From Lama glama (Eukaryota), in contig CM052816.1 in the NCBI GenBank assembly GCA_028534125.1, forward strand, positions 65,660,001 through 65,724,000: a stretch of 64,000 bases of DNA, in the 5' to 3' direction. The notes under the pieces were generated by a model. The model worked only from the letters and a program-made list of their open reading frames with translations, had not been told where the DNA came from and searched no databases. How positions within the stretch are numbered: position 1 is the stretch's first letter; each line of letters opens with the position of its first letter. Of this stretch, positions 14,052 to 26,801 are shown one piece after another. Both the position numbers and the translations under genes were made by a program.

Positions 14052-14214
14052 CCTTGTTACTCAAAGTGTGGTCCATGAACCACAACATGAACATCACTTG
14101 AGAACTTGGTAGAAATGCATATTCTTGGACCCCACTCCAGTCTACTGGGATCATGACCTGCAGTTTGACAAGATCCCAGGTAATTCATAGGCACCTTAAG
14201 TGTAGAAAGCACTG
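14052..14214. mobile_element. MER5A/MER5A1-like hAT-Charlie MITE
   Basis: TACTCAAAGTGTGGTCC...GTAGAAATGCATATTCT...ACAAGATCCCAGGTAATTC...AAGCACTG. Confidence 0.8.
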
Positions 14215-14899
14215 GGTTGAGGGAGTATCTTGAACCCTCATTACAAATCATGGCACCAAGTATTTAATGTTCTTCAGATTCTGACAGGTCCAATGAATTC
14301 ACATTGTTCTGAATTCAATGCTTAGGGTATCACATTTGAGAAGCTAATGAGCAGGGAGCATACTGTCTGATGCCCTGGGAGAAAGCTACAGGGAAGTCGG
14401 TAGTTAGTGTTATGTTTCTTTGAGAGTTGAGCAAGTCTTTGGGCCATGTATTGTTTATATTTCAAAACCTTTAAGTGGTCAACATAGTCTTAAAGATACA
14501 ATAGTTTGAGTAGAGTAGTGAAGGATCCAGACGTTTAATTAATTCAAAGGAAGGTACATTGAAAATACAGAGGGAGACAAAGAAGGGTAGACTTCTTGTT
14601 GAATCAGAATTCTTGAGTTGCAGGAAGACACCAATACCCTCTGGTTCAGAGCTAATGCAGGCAATGACTTGACCCTTCCAAAGCCAGGGCTGGCGGTCCT
14701 GTTGACACTCAGACAGAGGACTCACGATTTTATGTGTTGGGGACCAGCTCTGCATCGTTAGCTTGTTCTTGCTTTCACTTGATCAACTTCTGCAACTTCA
14801 GAATCTTGGAGACACACAGGGCAAGTGAAATGCCGCTTTCACTTCAGACTGTTTTGTATCTTTAACCATTAGGTCTGGCCCCTGTGTATTCTATTTCTT

Positions 14900-15360
14900 A
14901 CACTAGCTTCCCATACACTCTGGCATCTGTCTTCCCATATCCTGGTCATTCTCCTTTAGACTAACTCTTATCTCACAACATCCTTTTTTTAAAAAATATG
15001 TGGTCCAGGGATGAACAAATTATTTCAAATATGATCCAAGTAGCTCAGAGCATCAGAGAGACTATCTTTTTTAACCTTATCCCAGTCATTATTAATGAAC
15101 GTGACTTGAAATCACATAGACCCTTTAACTGCCCCATCCTGTTGTCATATACTGACACACACTTTGCTAAACGTGCTGGCTTAGCCACCATCTCCTGTCC
15201 CCTTGGTGGCTGCTCAGTTAGATGTTTTTGTTCTCACCCAGGGGTGGACTCCAGGTGCATCCCTGTGTAGCACCATCCTGTTAGATTCGGGCCGTTGGCT
15301 CTGTATATCCTGATTCTGTCATCCATTCTGTTAGCTATGCTTCCCAGCGTGAAGTCATCT
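14900..15360 (-). mobile_element. Probable L3/CR1 LINE fragment
   Basis: GATGAACAAATTATTTCAAATATGATCCAAGTAGCTCAGAG resembles antisense CR1/L3 RT-region sequence. Highly diverged. Confidence 0.4.
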
Positions 15361-18300
15361 TATTTTTTCCCTAAAACATGACCCTTTCTTAAAAAACCTT
15401 TCTCTACTTCCTCAATCCTTCTTAAGCAAGCTTTATCATATGTCTTTGAGGATCTCTGTAGCTGATGTTTTCTGGCACATGTGTGTGTGTCCTTAAAAAT
15501 GTCACTTAATCACAATTTCTCTATTAGATTATTAACTCCTGTTGTCAAGAATCTTCTGCTTTCCCTTCACAGTTTTGCCTAAAGTATATACAAAAAAATG
15601 TTATTGGCTTTGTATGATGACTGGTGGTTAATAAAAAACAGTGAGTTGGAGACAATGTTTCAGATGTAACAGAAGGATGCTTGGGAAATGCTTTTTAATG
15701 AATAAAACTCCAACTTTTGTTAAACTAAGAGATTCAAATAAAACTAGGACTGTATCAAAAAAAGGCTGTAGTCGGTTTATTCTCTTCAGTCCCTAGCCCA
15801 TGGTGGTGGTATGTCAGCCAAGTATCTTGCATTTGATTTTAAAACAAATCAGAAGTAGATGACTCAGAAATGGGTGACTCAGTCAAATTATAGGCAAACC
15901 CCTTGCTACAGTGATTCTTGTTAATTAAATATCTATGACTTCTGAATCAAAACAGGAAGAATTGTATACAGTTTAGAAGCAAGGCCATAAAATTATTCCT
16001 TTCAGCTGGAGGCACCTTAAGTCCTTAAGCACGTAACATTTTTAAAGGAATAAGAATGGGCCTTATTCTAATTTGTAAAGAAGACTTGAATCTTTGAAGT
16101 TAGATTTCACTTTGTCTCATTTAAATCAAGTACACCAAGCCTCATCTGTCCTGGTATCTCTCAAACACTTGAATAACTTTCAAGTAAACTTTTTCTTTGC
16201 CTGCTGTAATATACTTTTCTTTAGTGGTTGAAAAAATGCAAACTTTGTGCATGTATTCCTGGAAAATGGAAACTGTTTTGGATACTTCAGAAGTCTCTCA
16301 GGATTAAAAACAGGCATGTTATAAAAAGTATAAATTGTTGCATTTGTTTATTGACATATATGCTTATGCTCAGAGAGTAAAGGATATGAACACATGTGCT
16401 TGCACCACCATATCCCAAACCATTCAGTGATCATTTCAGAGTATGTAGGATTGTAGAGATTTTTAAATAGTCACATCTTTGTTTTCCAGTCTTTTCTCTT
16501 ATAAACTTTCATGTTGGCATAAGAAGAAAAATGTAATTTTCTTGAATTAAAAATTTCCTCATTCGGTTTAATAGTGAAAAATGGAAATTAATAAAGTATC
16601 TATCAATGGGAGTCTTGGTACATAAACAGAAAGGACAAATAAGAAATAAAATTAAACAATGGGGAAAGATTCTTGTGGCCATTTTTAAAGGCTGATCAAC
16701 ATGCAGATTTCCTGTGGAATCAGACAGCAAAATAAGCTAACTTCTTGAAACAGCGATTATTGTAAATAATAACATATAAATGTTTTGCTTTCCCTGACTT
16801 TATCTAAAATAAAAGTGGAGAGAAAAAGTGCATTGCAGCATCATACATTTATTTATTTTTTAACAACATTCCTCAATTTTAATGTTCTGTAGTCAAACCA
16901 CCAAGAGAATGGTGAGTAGCGGACATCAGTCTGCGTCTTCCCCTGCCGGGTCCTTTTGCTGTCATCAGTGCCAAGGACCAGATAGATAATTGTGGGCTTG
17001 AAAGAAAAATGCATTGATATTGAAAGTGGTAGTAAGTTCCTCCTCATTGCCTGATTGTGGTTTGTGTATCAGGCTGCAGCATATTCTTTTTCAAAGCTGT
17101 GCAGTCAGCTTCCATGGGACTGTTTGCCCTGTCACGTTACTGGAGCGTGTTTATCTGGAGATGAGCAGGCAGTGGGTGAGGAGACACGGCCCGCCCTGCT
17201 GTGTGACGCAGGGCACAGGAAGCAATGGTGGGGCGTTGCTGCTCTTCATCTATCTTTCATAGCGCTTAAAAATGAAAATGTTTATAATTGCAAAAGTTTA
17301 TTTTTGATAAGGGAAGTGTATTTTTTTTTTTCAACAAAGCAGCTTATTAAAGTTAGTAAGTTTTCTTAGGGGCAGCCTTTTTCCACTTTTGGATGTGAGT
17401 GAATGATTCTCTGTGATCCTAATACAACTGAGGTCATCTAAGAAAGAAGTAGTGCAAAATAAGATATCTCATCTAATCCTATAAAAAATCTCATGCAATG
17501 AATGAACTCCAGGACAGATAGGGGACAACTCTCAGACTTGATATGGGAAATCCTGATGCGTGAAATTCAGATGGAAACGGGCTTACTCAGTTCAGAGCTC
17601 ATTTTGTATGAATATCCTAGGAATGTTTTCATGGTTCAAAATTGATATTTGATGACTATGTATAAACATGCCTTAGGTACCTATAAAGAGTCACAAAATA
17701 TGTCTATAATCATCAGGTACAAAAGAGCAGTATGGGTTTTAAAGTTCTATGTTGACCATAAATTTTGTGCTTTTGCAGATATGCTTTGATTTACATCTTC
17801 TCAGTGAGAAAAAAATGAGGGAGGGGGTGTGTGTGAATGAGTGAAATGTATGAATAAAGACAAAGGAAAAGAAGTGAGAAGGAGAGTGAGCTACAGACAA
17901 TGATATTGGTTGGCATCAATTTCAAAAGCCAACTACCCCAATTTAGAGAATTTGCATTTAGGATGAATTAAATTACAAGCTAATTAGGCAGGAACAGTGT
18001 TAAGCTTACTGATGTTGCTTCATAAATATTCATATTAACAACGATAGAAGATGTTCTGTTCCAAGGCTAAATACTTCTAAGCTGTACGCCTTGTGAATGT
18101 TGGGAAGTCGATGTTGTTCTGCTCTTGGTCTTTTCTGTCCCTTTAAGGACAGTTCTTACTTAGGCTAACCGAAGTACAGACCTGGAGCAGTAGACCCCCT
18201 CTATAAGTTGAGAGAGTTCTCCGTGTGCAGCGCTCTAAAATGGCAAGCATTTCAGAATCCTTCATGTCAAATGGCATAAACAACTTCCCTGGACCACAAG

Positions 18301-20067
18301 ACTTTTTGCCTGGAATTCACACTTTAATTAGAGCAAATGTTAGAAATTGTTGGCAGTTTCTCCAGCTCTTCTGGAAGCAAAATGGCCTTCTCAAATTATA
18401 GCTTTGGTACATTAAGAGTTACTCAGGTGGCCTAAGTGAGTTAGTTAATGTGCAGATTAAATATCTGACACATACCGGGAAGTAACTGGGGACCAGGGGG
18501 AATCACCCTCTCTGCTACTTGATTGCCCTTTGTGTAAAACAGTGTAGCGGAGCTGTTTGCCTGTGGCTAGCAACTGTGTCTAAGACTTGGGTTTATAGGA
18601 GAGTAAAGTGCACTCCAGCTCCATGAGCACACATGAATGAGTATTGACCTTGGTTCATAGGACTTGCTTTAAAATTACACTCCAAATAAACACCCTTTTA
18701 CATTTAATCTTTCCTACATTTCTGCATGGGTATTATTAATTCAAGAACAAATATTTAAGTGATAGCCATTCAATGACTATTTCAAGTGAATTTCATTTTT
18801 TCCCCCTCAAAGGAGCTGAATTGATTCTCAGATGTACTTTACATGAACTTTATTTTGGTTAAATTGTACTGTATTTTATTTTTTAATTTGTAAATGTGGG
18901 AGATTATACAATGTTCTATAATTCTAAACCTGACTTTTCTTTTAATGTCCATGAAAGCTTGTTTCTATTCATTTAATATTCTTTTTAATGTATCTGAGTG
19001 CCACCTGCACCTTATCTGAAATGTCAAGCAATATAAAAACCTTTTACATTCTCAAGAAGTGATCAGTTGCTGTCTCCATATCTTCATGTTCATCAGTAGT
19101 CAACATTCCACCTTCAATGGTTAACAAATATTTAAGTACTTACTACGTACCATGCACTTTTTTCCTGCCTGGGATGACGGATGTAGGATTACAAATACAT
19201 CAAATATGATAACAGAGAGGTGGGAGGGCTGCCTGAGAATTAAATAAGAGAAGGATATAGTTGTAGAGGTGGGTAGGGAAGAGATGGGGGATGGTGTCAT
19301 AACAGGTAATTTTCCAGAATTTACCAGGAAATTATGTAAAGTAATTTGGGTTTTGAGGATGGGAAAAAGTGGGGATTATTGGGAAATGAGATAGAGCCAG
19401 AGACAACAGGATTTGGTATTTATCCGAGGAGAGTTTTGAGGTCATGTGGTTGGCTGGGAAGAATGGGGTACACAAGGGCGAGTGACGATGTCTTTGGCTA
19501 GTTAGGAAGCCACATCTATAGCAAACACAAGGGATGGGGATGACCTGGATTAGGAAATAAAAACCATTCTGTCTTTCACCTGTAAAATGGTTGTTGGCTT
19601 TCTCTCCCTTCTGTGCCAGGCTCGGGTTCCCCATGTTACAGACAAGAGATTGGACAGTCATGGGTCTCTTTCTACTTTTATTCTAACTTGGTTGCTTCAT
19701 GCAAGATGGGCCAAGTCTCCCTGATAAACAACATCAAGGATGTATTTGTGTAAAGTCAGGACACTTCCTGTTCCCTCAGGTCACCTCGCCTCCTGGTCCT
19801 CATGCCTCAGGTCCTCTCTCCCTATCCCGGCTGCACATCATTTACCATTGCTGTTCCTGTCCTGCCGTGGTTTCCCATTCGTTTGGTTTTGCAGTGGAGA
19901 TTTTTTTAGGAATGACCCTCATGGTTCCTTTGGATCCCTTGAAATATGCCTAGTTAACTGCAGTGAGCCCTTATGATGCAGACATGTCTTTAAACCTTAG
20001 GAATATGAGGGTTCCTTATGTACCTAAAGAAACAATTCCATGACAGTCTTTGAAACTGAAGTTTCTC

Positions 20068-20087
20068 GTGTGTGTGTGTGTGTGTGT
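20068..20087. repeat. (GT)10 microsatellite
   Basis: Direct reading. Confidence 0.95.
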
Positions 20088-20318
20088 ATGTGTGTACATA
20101 TACATGTTTTATCAGATATGAACAGTTCTTTTTACCTCTTAAAAGCAGCAAAAACTTAAAATATTGACATTATTCAGTAGTCTTAGTAGTTGAAATTTAA
20201 GGATTTAAGAGGCTTTTACTGATTTAAAAATAAAAGCTGTGAAGCAAATCCTGAGCCCTTTTATACTTTTTTTTTGAATGAAAGTCCATGAAACTTTTCT
20301 TCTTTCCCTGTCATTTTA

Positions 20319-20394
20319 TAGTTTTAAAAAAATTTTTATTGAAGTATAATTGGTTTACAATGTTGTGTTAATTTCTGGTGTATGGCATAGTGAT

Positions 20395-20455
<61 letters not shown>

Positions 20456-20704
20456 CTTTTCATATTCTTTTTATTACAGTTTATTACAAGATATTGAACA
20501 TAGTCCTCTGTGCTATACAACCGGACCTTATTGTTTAGCCGATTTTGTGAGGACTTCCCTTGTGGTTCCAATTATACAAGATCTTCTACCGAAGTTCAAT
20601 AGATAGTCTGTTAGAACTGTCCCATATGCAGATGTATTTCTGATGTATTTGTGGGAGAGGATGAACTCCGCATCCTTCTACTCTACCATCTTGAAGCCCC
20701 TACC
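20319..20704 (-). mobile_element. L1 with 5' UTR start joined directly to 3' UTR end
   Basis: Minus strand begins CAAGATGGTAGAGTAGAAGGATGCGGAGTTCATCCTCTCCCACAAATACATC (L1 5' start). After ~160 nt it continues as TAAACAATAAGGTCC...GTATAGCACAG (L1 3' UTR). TSD at 20302-20318 and 20705-20721 (14/17). Confidence 0.8.
20401..20452. repeat. (TA)26 microsatellite inside the L1 3' UTR
   Basis: Direct reading. Confidence 0.95.
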
Positions 20705-21199
20705 CTTTCCTGGTGATTTTAAATCTACTTTCCTCTTATGCCTCCCTCAGTCCTCCTTCTTTCATGTAAAATGCATTCTCAGATGAGCCTCAGTTTCCCT
20801 GAGAGGCACTCTCTCCAGTGCTCATGCCTCTTCTGCTCCGCTCACATGAGTCTTCTTGTCCCACATCCCTCCCAGGGCCCTACTTGCTTCTGTGCCTTTT
20901 ATTATTCCTTTCATTTGGGATTCAATTCTACAGAACTTTTAGGCACCTTTGTCTTAAAGCATGTTTAGGCACTTAGGCGTGGTGGTCAGCGCTAAAGATT
21001 ACAGAAGAGAAAGGTCTGATTGCTGGTCACTGGCAACAGCCATGGGGTGCGAGTGTGGAGACCAGACCTCTAAAGATGTAAGTGCTGAAATAGAGGTTAT
21101 ATTGGGGGAGGGAGAAGAGTGGGTTCCCTTTGCCCCCAATCCAGTTTGTCTGATTACCTTCAGTGCTTTCCCCCAGGACTGAATATTCTGTCTTACTTT

Positions 21200-22230
21200 G
21201 TTGCAATACCCTTGTCCCCAGCTTCCTTACTTGTTCTCTGGCTCCCCTGCAGTCTAATCCCCAGTGGTGGAGTTATGCTACAAAAGCAGTAATTAGGTTA
21301 CATCTCATTGCCTTCCATGCACAGACATCCAATGGGTTCCCATTATCATGTAGTCAAAGTCCAAGTTCTTGCTGTGTCTTTTTAAAAAAAAAATTTTAAT
21401 TGAAGTATAGTTGATTTCTGGTATACAGGATAGTGATTCAGTTACATATAAGTATTATTTTACATTTTCTTTTTCATTATAGGTTATTACAAGGTATTTT
21501 ACGTAATTCCCTGTGCTATACCGTAGGTCCTTGTTGTTTATCTGTCTTTTATATATGGTAGTGTGTATATCTGAATCCCAAACTCTTGATTTATCCCTAC
21601 CCCTCTCCTTCCTTTTTGGTGACTGTAAGTTTGTTTTCTATGTCTGTGAGTCTCTTGCTGTGTCTTTTAGAAGTCGATGTAATCTGTTCTCTGCCATCTA
21701 CTTTCCAGGGGTCTGACCTCAAGCCACTTTCCCCCTCATCCGCTCATGCCCACCACTCTGTCTTCATTGCTGCTGCTCAAACATAGCAGGCTTGTTCTGC
21801 ATCATGGCTTTTGCACCTACTGTTCCCTCGGCCAAGAAATCTCTTCCTCTAAGTATCTGCCTGGCTGGTTCCATCCTATCCTTCCAATCACTGCTCCTTT
21901 GTCACTCTGAATGCGTTTCTGTCCATGCTATTCCCATCATTATTTAGATTTTTCCAAAATTTTTTTGTACCTTCTGTTCAAAGTGCAGATGTATTAATAA
22001 TAAAATGTAAAGAATTAAAAAAAAAAACCTGCTCTATTTTTCTTCATAGCGTCTGTGACCTACTGTATCTTTTCTTGTTTCCCTGTATATTGACCATCTT
22101 CCTCCAACAAGAATATAAGCCCTTAGAGGGCAAGGGCTTTTGTCTACTTCTTCACAGTTGCACCCCCTAGGGACCTGTTACATGCCTAGAAGTGTACCTG
22201 GCACATAATAGGTGCTCAATAAGTGTTTGT
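21200..22230 (+). mobile_element. L2 fragment interrupted by an L1
   Basis: Ends GTACCTGGCACATAATAGGTGCTCAATAAGTGTTTGTGAAATG, the canonical L2 3' end. Left boundary approximate. Confidence 0.75.
21383..21652 (-). mobile_element. 5'-truncated L1 3' end
   Basis: L1 3' UTR motifs. Perfect 16-bp TSD TCTTGCTGTGTCTTTT at 21367-21382 and 21653-21668. Confidence 0.95.
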
Positions 22231-22235
22231 GAAAT

Positions 22236-22350
22236 GAAGGAAGGAGGGAGGGAGGGGGAGAAACGGGGAGAGAGAAAAAGGAAGGTTGGAAAAAGAAGGG
22301 GAGAGAGAAAAGGAGGGAGGATAGTAGGGAGGAAGGAAGGGTGGGAGAAA
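22236..22350. repeat. Purine-rich (GGAA/GGGA) low-complexity tract
   Basis: Direct reading. Expands from the L2 tail. Confidence 0.85.
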
Positions 22351-23474
22351 GTCCATGTTAGTGTTACCAAGTCTCCAACTTACATTAAACTTTCAAGCTT
22401 AACTCTGTGTTGCTAAGTCTCTAACACTTAATATCTGCTTAATATCTCTTTTAAACAAAGGCAAAACTGGCCTCTAGCCCAGGCCCTTTGGAAAATAACC
22501 TTCTCTGGATAGAAATTAGTAAGATTGTTCTGTTTACATTGTATTTATTTTCAGATACCTTCCCTTTTTTTTATGAGAAGTGGTATTGACTTTCCATTTA
22601 TGGGAGTGCTATAAAGTTTCCCTATAAATAAAAGCACTTAGGGTTTCCAAAAAGTATTCTACTTTGGAATTTTTAAATAAATAATGGCATGGGGAAACAA
22701 AGATAGAACAAATATCATGAAGTAAAAAATGTAGCTTTAGCAAAATATGAAGCTGGTAGTCCAGTGCCTGGAACTGGGGGTAACTGACTTACAAAAATTC
22801 TTTTCTTTTCTTCAAAATCCTTTGCAATTCCCACTTCATCCATAAAACATTCCCAGACTGCTGCCCTCCTCACCTCCTTGTCCTTTATTATTATTTTTTT
22901 ATTAGATTCCTGTACACCATCATAGGTTGACCTGGAACTATTTGGTGTGGCTCATGGTTGTTTTGGGTCCTTTAATTCTGTCTCTTTCCATTGACGTGAG
23001 TTCCTTGATGTGAGTGATCAAGTCCTGCTCCCTCTCCTCTTATGCAACCACCACATTGCACGTCCCAGCACTGACATAACAGACAGTTAATAACATTCAT
23101 TTGTTATTTTCATCATGACTCACCTACTCAAGGGTGTAGGTTGGGCAGGGGTATTCTGACAGCAAAAATAATTAAGCATGCCTTAAGATTGCAAATTTTT
23201 TTAACTGAAGAATGATAATAAAGAGCAAACATCATTTGGGCTTGCAAAATTGAAATCACTGTTTTGCCACTAGTAAAAATAATATTCGTATTTATTCGTC
23301 TGGTAAGAGAAATTAATCACTAGGGCAAAATCATAAGAAAATTGAAGCCAGAGTTCAGTTTCTCCAATCTGAATGCATGAGAATTAAAATCTACTAATCT
23401 GATCAGAATAGATGTCATTCATAAATATATTAGTCTGGCACATTTTAATGAAAGTGGGAAACAAAAAATAATAC

Positions 23475-23864
23475 TTAAAAAATTTATTGAAGTGTAGTTG
23501 ATTTACAATGTTATTTTCAAGTATACAGCATAGTGATTCAGTTATACATATATATACATACTTTTTCTTTTCAGATTCTTTTCCGTTATATGTTATTATA
23601 ATAAATTAAATATAGTTCCCTGTGCTATATAGTAGGTCCTTGTTGTTTATCTGTTTTATAGTAATGTTTGTTAATCCCCAACCCCTAATTTATCCCTCCC
23701 CACCTTTTTCCCTTTGGTAACCATAGTTTGTTTTCTATGTCATGAGTCTGTTTTTGGTTTGTAAATAGAATTTGTATTTTTTTTTTAGATTCCACATATA
23801 AATGATTTCATATGATATTTGTCTTTCTCTAACTTACTTCATTCAGTAGGGTAATCTCTAGGTC
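23475..23864 (-). mobile_element. 5'-truncated L1 3' end
   Basis: TTGAAGTGTAGTTGATTTACAATG...TTAGATTCCACATATAAATGAT...AATCTCTAGGTC. TSD AAATAATAC at 23466-23474 and 23865-23873. Confidence 0.9.
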
Positions 23865-24089
23865 AAATAATACATTTTTTTTACTAATATATTTAGATAT
23901 TCTGATTGTCAGTGAAGATCTTTGTTGTACTGTTTTACTGTTGTAAATGGAGTTAGTATTATATTTTCACTGGGAACTTTCAAGTTTAAAATGTTATCAA
24001 GAGCAAAAACTACTTAGATTATCTGTTATAACCATTGCTTTGATGCCATTTCCTGCAGCATGAGCAATTATTAAATGTAACTAATGTAA

Positions 24090-24330
24090 ATAATGATAGC
24101 TAATATCACAGATCACTTGGTATGAACTAGGCACTGCTCTAAGTGCTTTGTATTTTAACTCATATAACTGCCGCAGTCCCGTGAGGTAGGTGCTCCTTCA
24201 GCCTCATTTTACTACTGAGGAACCAAAGCTCAGAGGGGTACAGTTACTTACCCAAGGCCAGCACAGCTAGTAAGTAACCTAAGGTGGCTGTTGACATTCT
24301 GCCCTCTGGCACCCGAGTCCATACTTCTAA
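24090..24330 (-). mobile_element. MIR SINE
   Basis: AGGCACTGCTCTAAGTGCTTT...CATTTTACTACTGAGGAACCAAAGCTCAGAGGGGTACAGTTACTTACCCAAGGCCAGCACAGCTAGTAAGT (MIR core). Confidence 0.85.
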
Positions 24331-24912
24331 GTATGAGACCCCTGAATGCTGCTCAGTCCTTCCGGAAACTGGTGTTTCAGTAGACAAAGCCACAGCAAAT
24401 GAGTCCCAGAGCCTAACAGGAAGTTTGAAAAGTGCTGTGAAAGTAAGCATTTGATCCTTCAAAATGAAGTGAATTTGACCTGCCCTTCTTAATGGCATTT
24501 GCAACCAAAAAATTTATTGTAATTCACATTAAGATTCTAATATCTTTCTTTCATAAAAAATGACTTTCAAGAAATATGAAGGCATTTTATACAAGGTTGA
24601 AGAACTTTTTAATGATGGGCTGATAAAAAGGGATGAAATAACTTTCTATAATACCCTTTTAATTGATGTAATATTAAAATATGAAAATCACATGGCCAAG
24701 GATTTTTTCTTTTATAAAAAATATAATTATATTAACAATATTATATTATAATAAACAATATAATTATATTAAACTAAGAAAGTTAGCAGTTTTTCTCATT
24801 TCTCAGTAAGTTCATATATTGAAAAAGAGTTTAACATTTTACATGAAGAATCCACAATTATTTTTAAGTGACTTAGAAAGCATTTACCATATTTAACCTT
24901 GAATGACTATGT

Positions 24913-24914
<2 letters not shown>

Positions 24915-24950
<36 letters not shown>
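24915..24950. repeat. (GT)18 microsatellite
   Basis: Direct reading. Confidence 0.95.
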
Positions 24951-24957
<7 letters not shown>

Positions 24958-26255
24958 TATATGTGAATGCATGTATGTGTAACATCTAGTGATTCCCAGT
25001 GAGTGTCAGAGCAAGTGGGATGTGTGGTCATATGTAGTTTGTAAAAGCTAAGTGGTTCTTCTCTTGTCCCACAAATACTTTCATTAATCTAGTGGTAATG
25101 AAATAATATTAATCATGGCATTAATGTTAATTTCCCTGATAACTAACAAATTTAAGCATCTAAAATATGATTATTAATCATTTATATTTCCTCTTCTATG
25201 AAAATTCTGCCCAAGTCTTTTGCCCGTTTTTCTCCTAGGCTGTCCTTTTCTGATTGATTTTTAGGAATTCTTTGTGTGTCCTGTTAATTCACTGTTCATC
25301 CTAAGTGTTGGAAATCTCTTCTCCCAGTAAGTTACTGTTGGAGCCTTTTGAGAAACAGAAGTGGGTTTTTTATTGGTGGGAATTTCTTCTAAAAATGTTT
25401 CAAGATCTGCCTTTTACATCTGAATTCTTTTATGTATTGAATTAAATTTTGTTCACAGTGTGAGAAGTAACCCAATTTTATGTATGTTTTCTGCATCAAT
25501 AAAGACTAATCAACTGCTGCATCTTTTCCTGCTGACTGGTGGTACTACCTTGATAGGTGTTGAGTTTCTTAGTACCTTTCGTCTATTTCTGGGGTTCGTA
25601 TTCTGTTCCATTTGCCTGTTTTTTCTATGTTTCAGCCCTCATGGTGCTAATATCTTCAGTACTGTAATAGTGAATATCAGGTAAAGAGTTCCTTCTGCCT
25701 GATCTTATTCTTTTTCAATTATATGTTAGCTGTTCTGCGTCTTTATCAGCTCCATAAATTTTAAGAAACAGCTTAAGTCCCTTGAAATAAGCTATCATGA
25801 TATGGATGGAAATTCCTTGAATCTGTAGATCAATTTAAGAAAAATTGATGTATTTAAGATTTTGGCATATCCCCTCATTTGTTCATGTTTAGTACTTTTC
25901 AATACATTTTATAAATGTATAAATACATTTTAAAATCTTTCACATCTTTTATTTACATGCACTAGGTGCTTCTGTTGTTGGAAAATGGCAACAATTTTCA
26001 AAATTACATTTTCTAAAACACTTACTGCAATTATATGTAAATCTAATCATTTTTACATTGTTCAGATAGCCAAAGAATTTACTAAACTTTGTTATACTTT
26101 CAGTAGTTTCTCTTCTGGTTCTTTTAGGTATTCTTTGTAGACAGTTGCATCATTTGTGAATAATAAAAAAGGATTCATTTATTCCATTCTAATTTTATAC
26201 TTTATATTTTATGCCTTTTGTAAAAATATGTTTTGTTTGCTATATTAAATTAGGT

Positions 26256-26390
26256 CAGTGCTTCTCAAACTTTGAAATGCACATGAACTGAGGAACATAG
26301 AAAAATGAAGATCCTAGTTCAGTTGTAGGTGAGAACCTGAGGGTTGGCATTTCTGACAAGCTCCCAGGTGATGACAATAATGTTAATTCA
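26256..26390. mobile_element. MER5-like hAT-Charlie MITE, one end missing
   Basis: CAGTGCTTCTCAAACTTTGAAATGCACATGAA...GCATTTCTGACAAGCTCCCAGGTGATG. Confidence 0.75.
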
Positions 26391-26395
26391 AGATA

Positions 26396-26801
26396 GAATG
26401 TCATTCTAAGTGAAGTAAGACAGAAAGAGAAAGAAAAATGCCATATGAGATCACTCATATGTGGAACCAAAAAAAAAAAAAGAACATAAATACAAAACAG
26501 AAACAGACTCATAGACATAGAATATAAACTTGTGGTTGCCAAGGGGGCGGGGGGGTGGGAAGGGACAGACTGGGATTTCAGAATTTGTAGATACTGACAG
26601 GCATATACAGAATAGATAAACAAGATTATACTGTATAGCACAGGGAAATATATATGAGATCTTGTGGTAGCTCACAGCAAAAAAAATGTGACAATGAATA
26701 TATGTATGTTCGTGTATAATTGAAAAATTGTGCTCTACACTAGAATTTGACACAACATTGTAAAGTGACTATAACTCAATAAAAAAGTTAAAAAAATAAA
26801 A
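26396..26801 (+). mobile_element. Young camelid-type L1 3' end
   Basis: TTCTAAGTGAAGTAAGACAGAAAGAGAAAG...GGTAGCTCACAGC...GCTCTACACTAGAATTTGACACAACATTG...CTCAATAAAAAA, then an A-rich tail. Confidence 0.9.
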
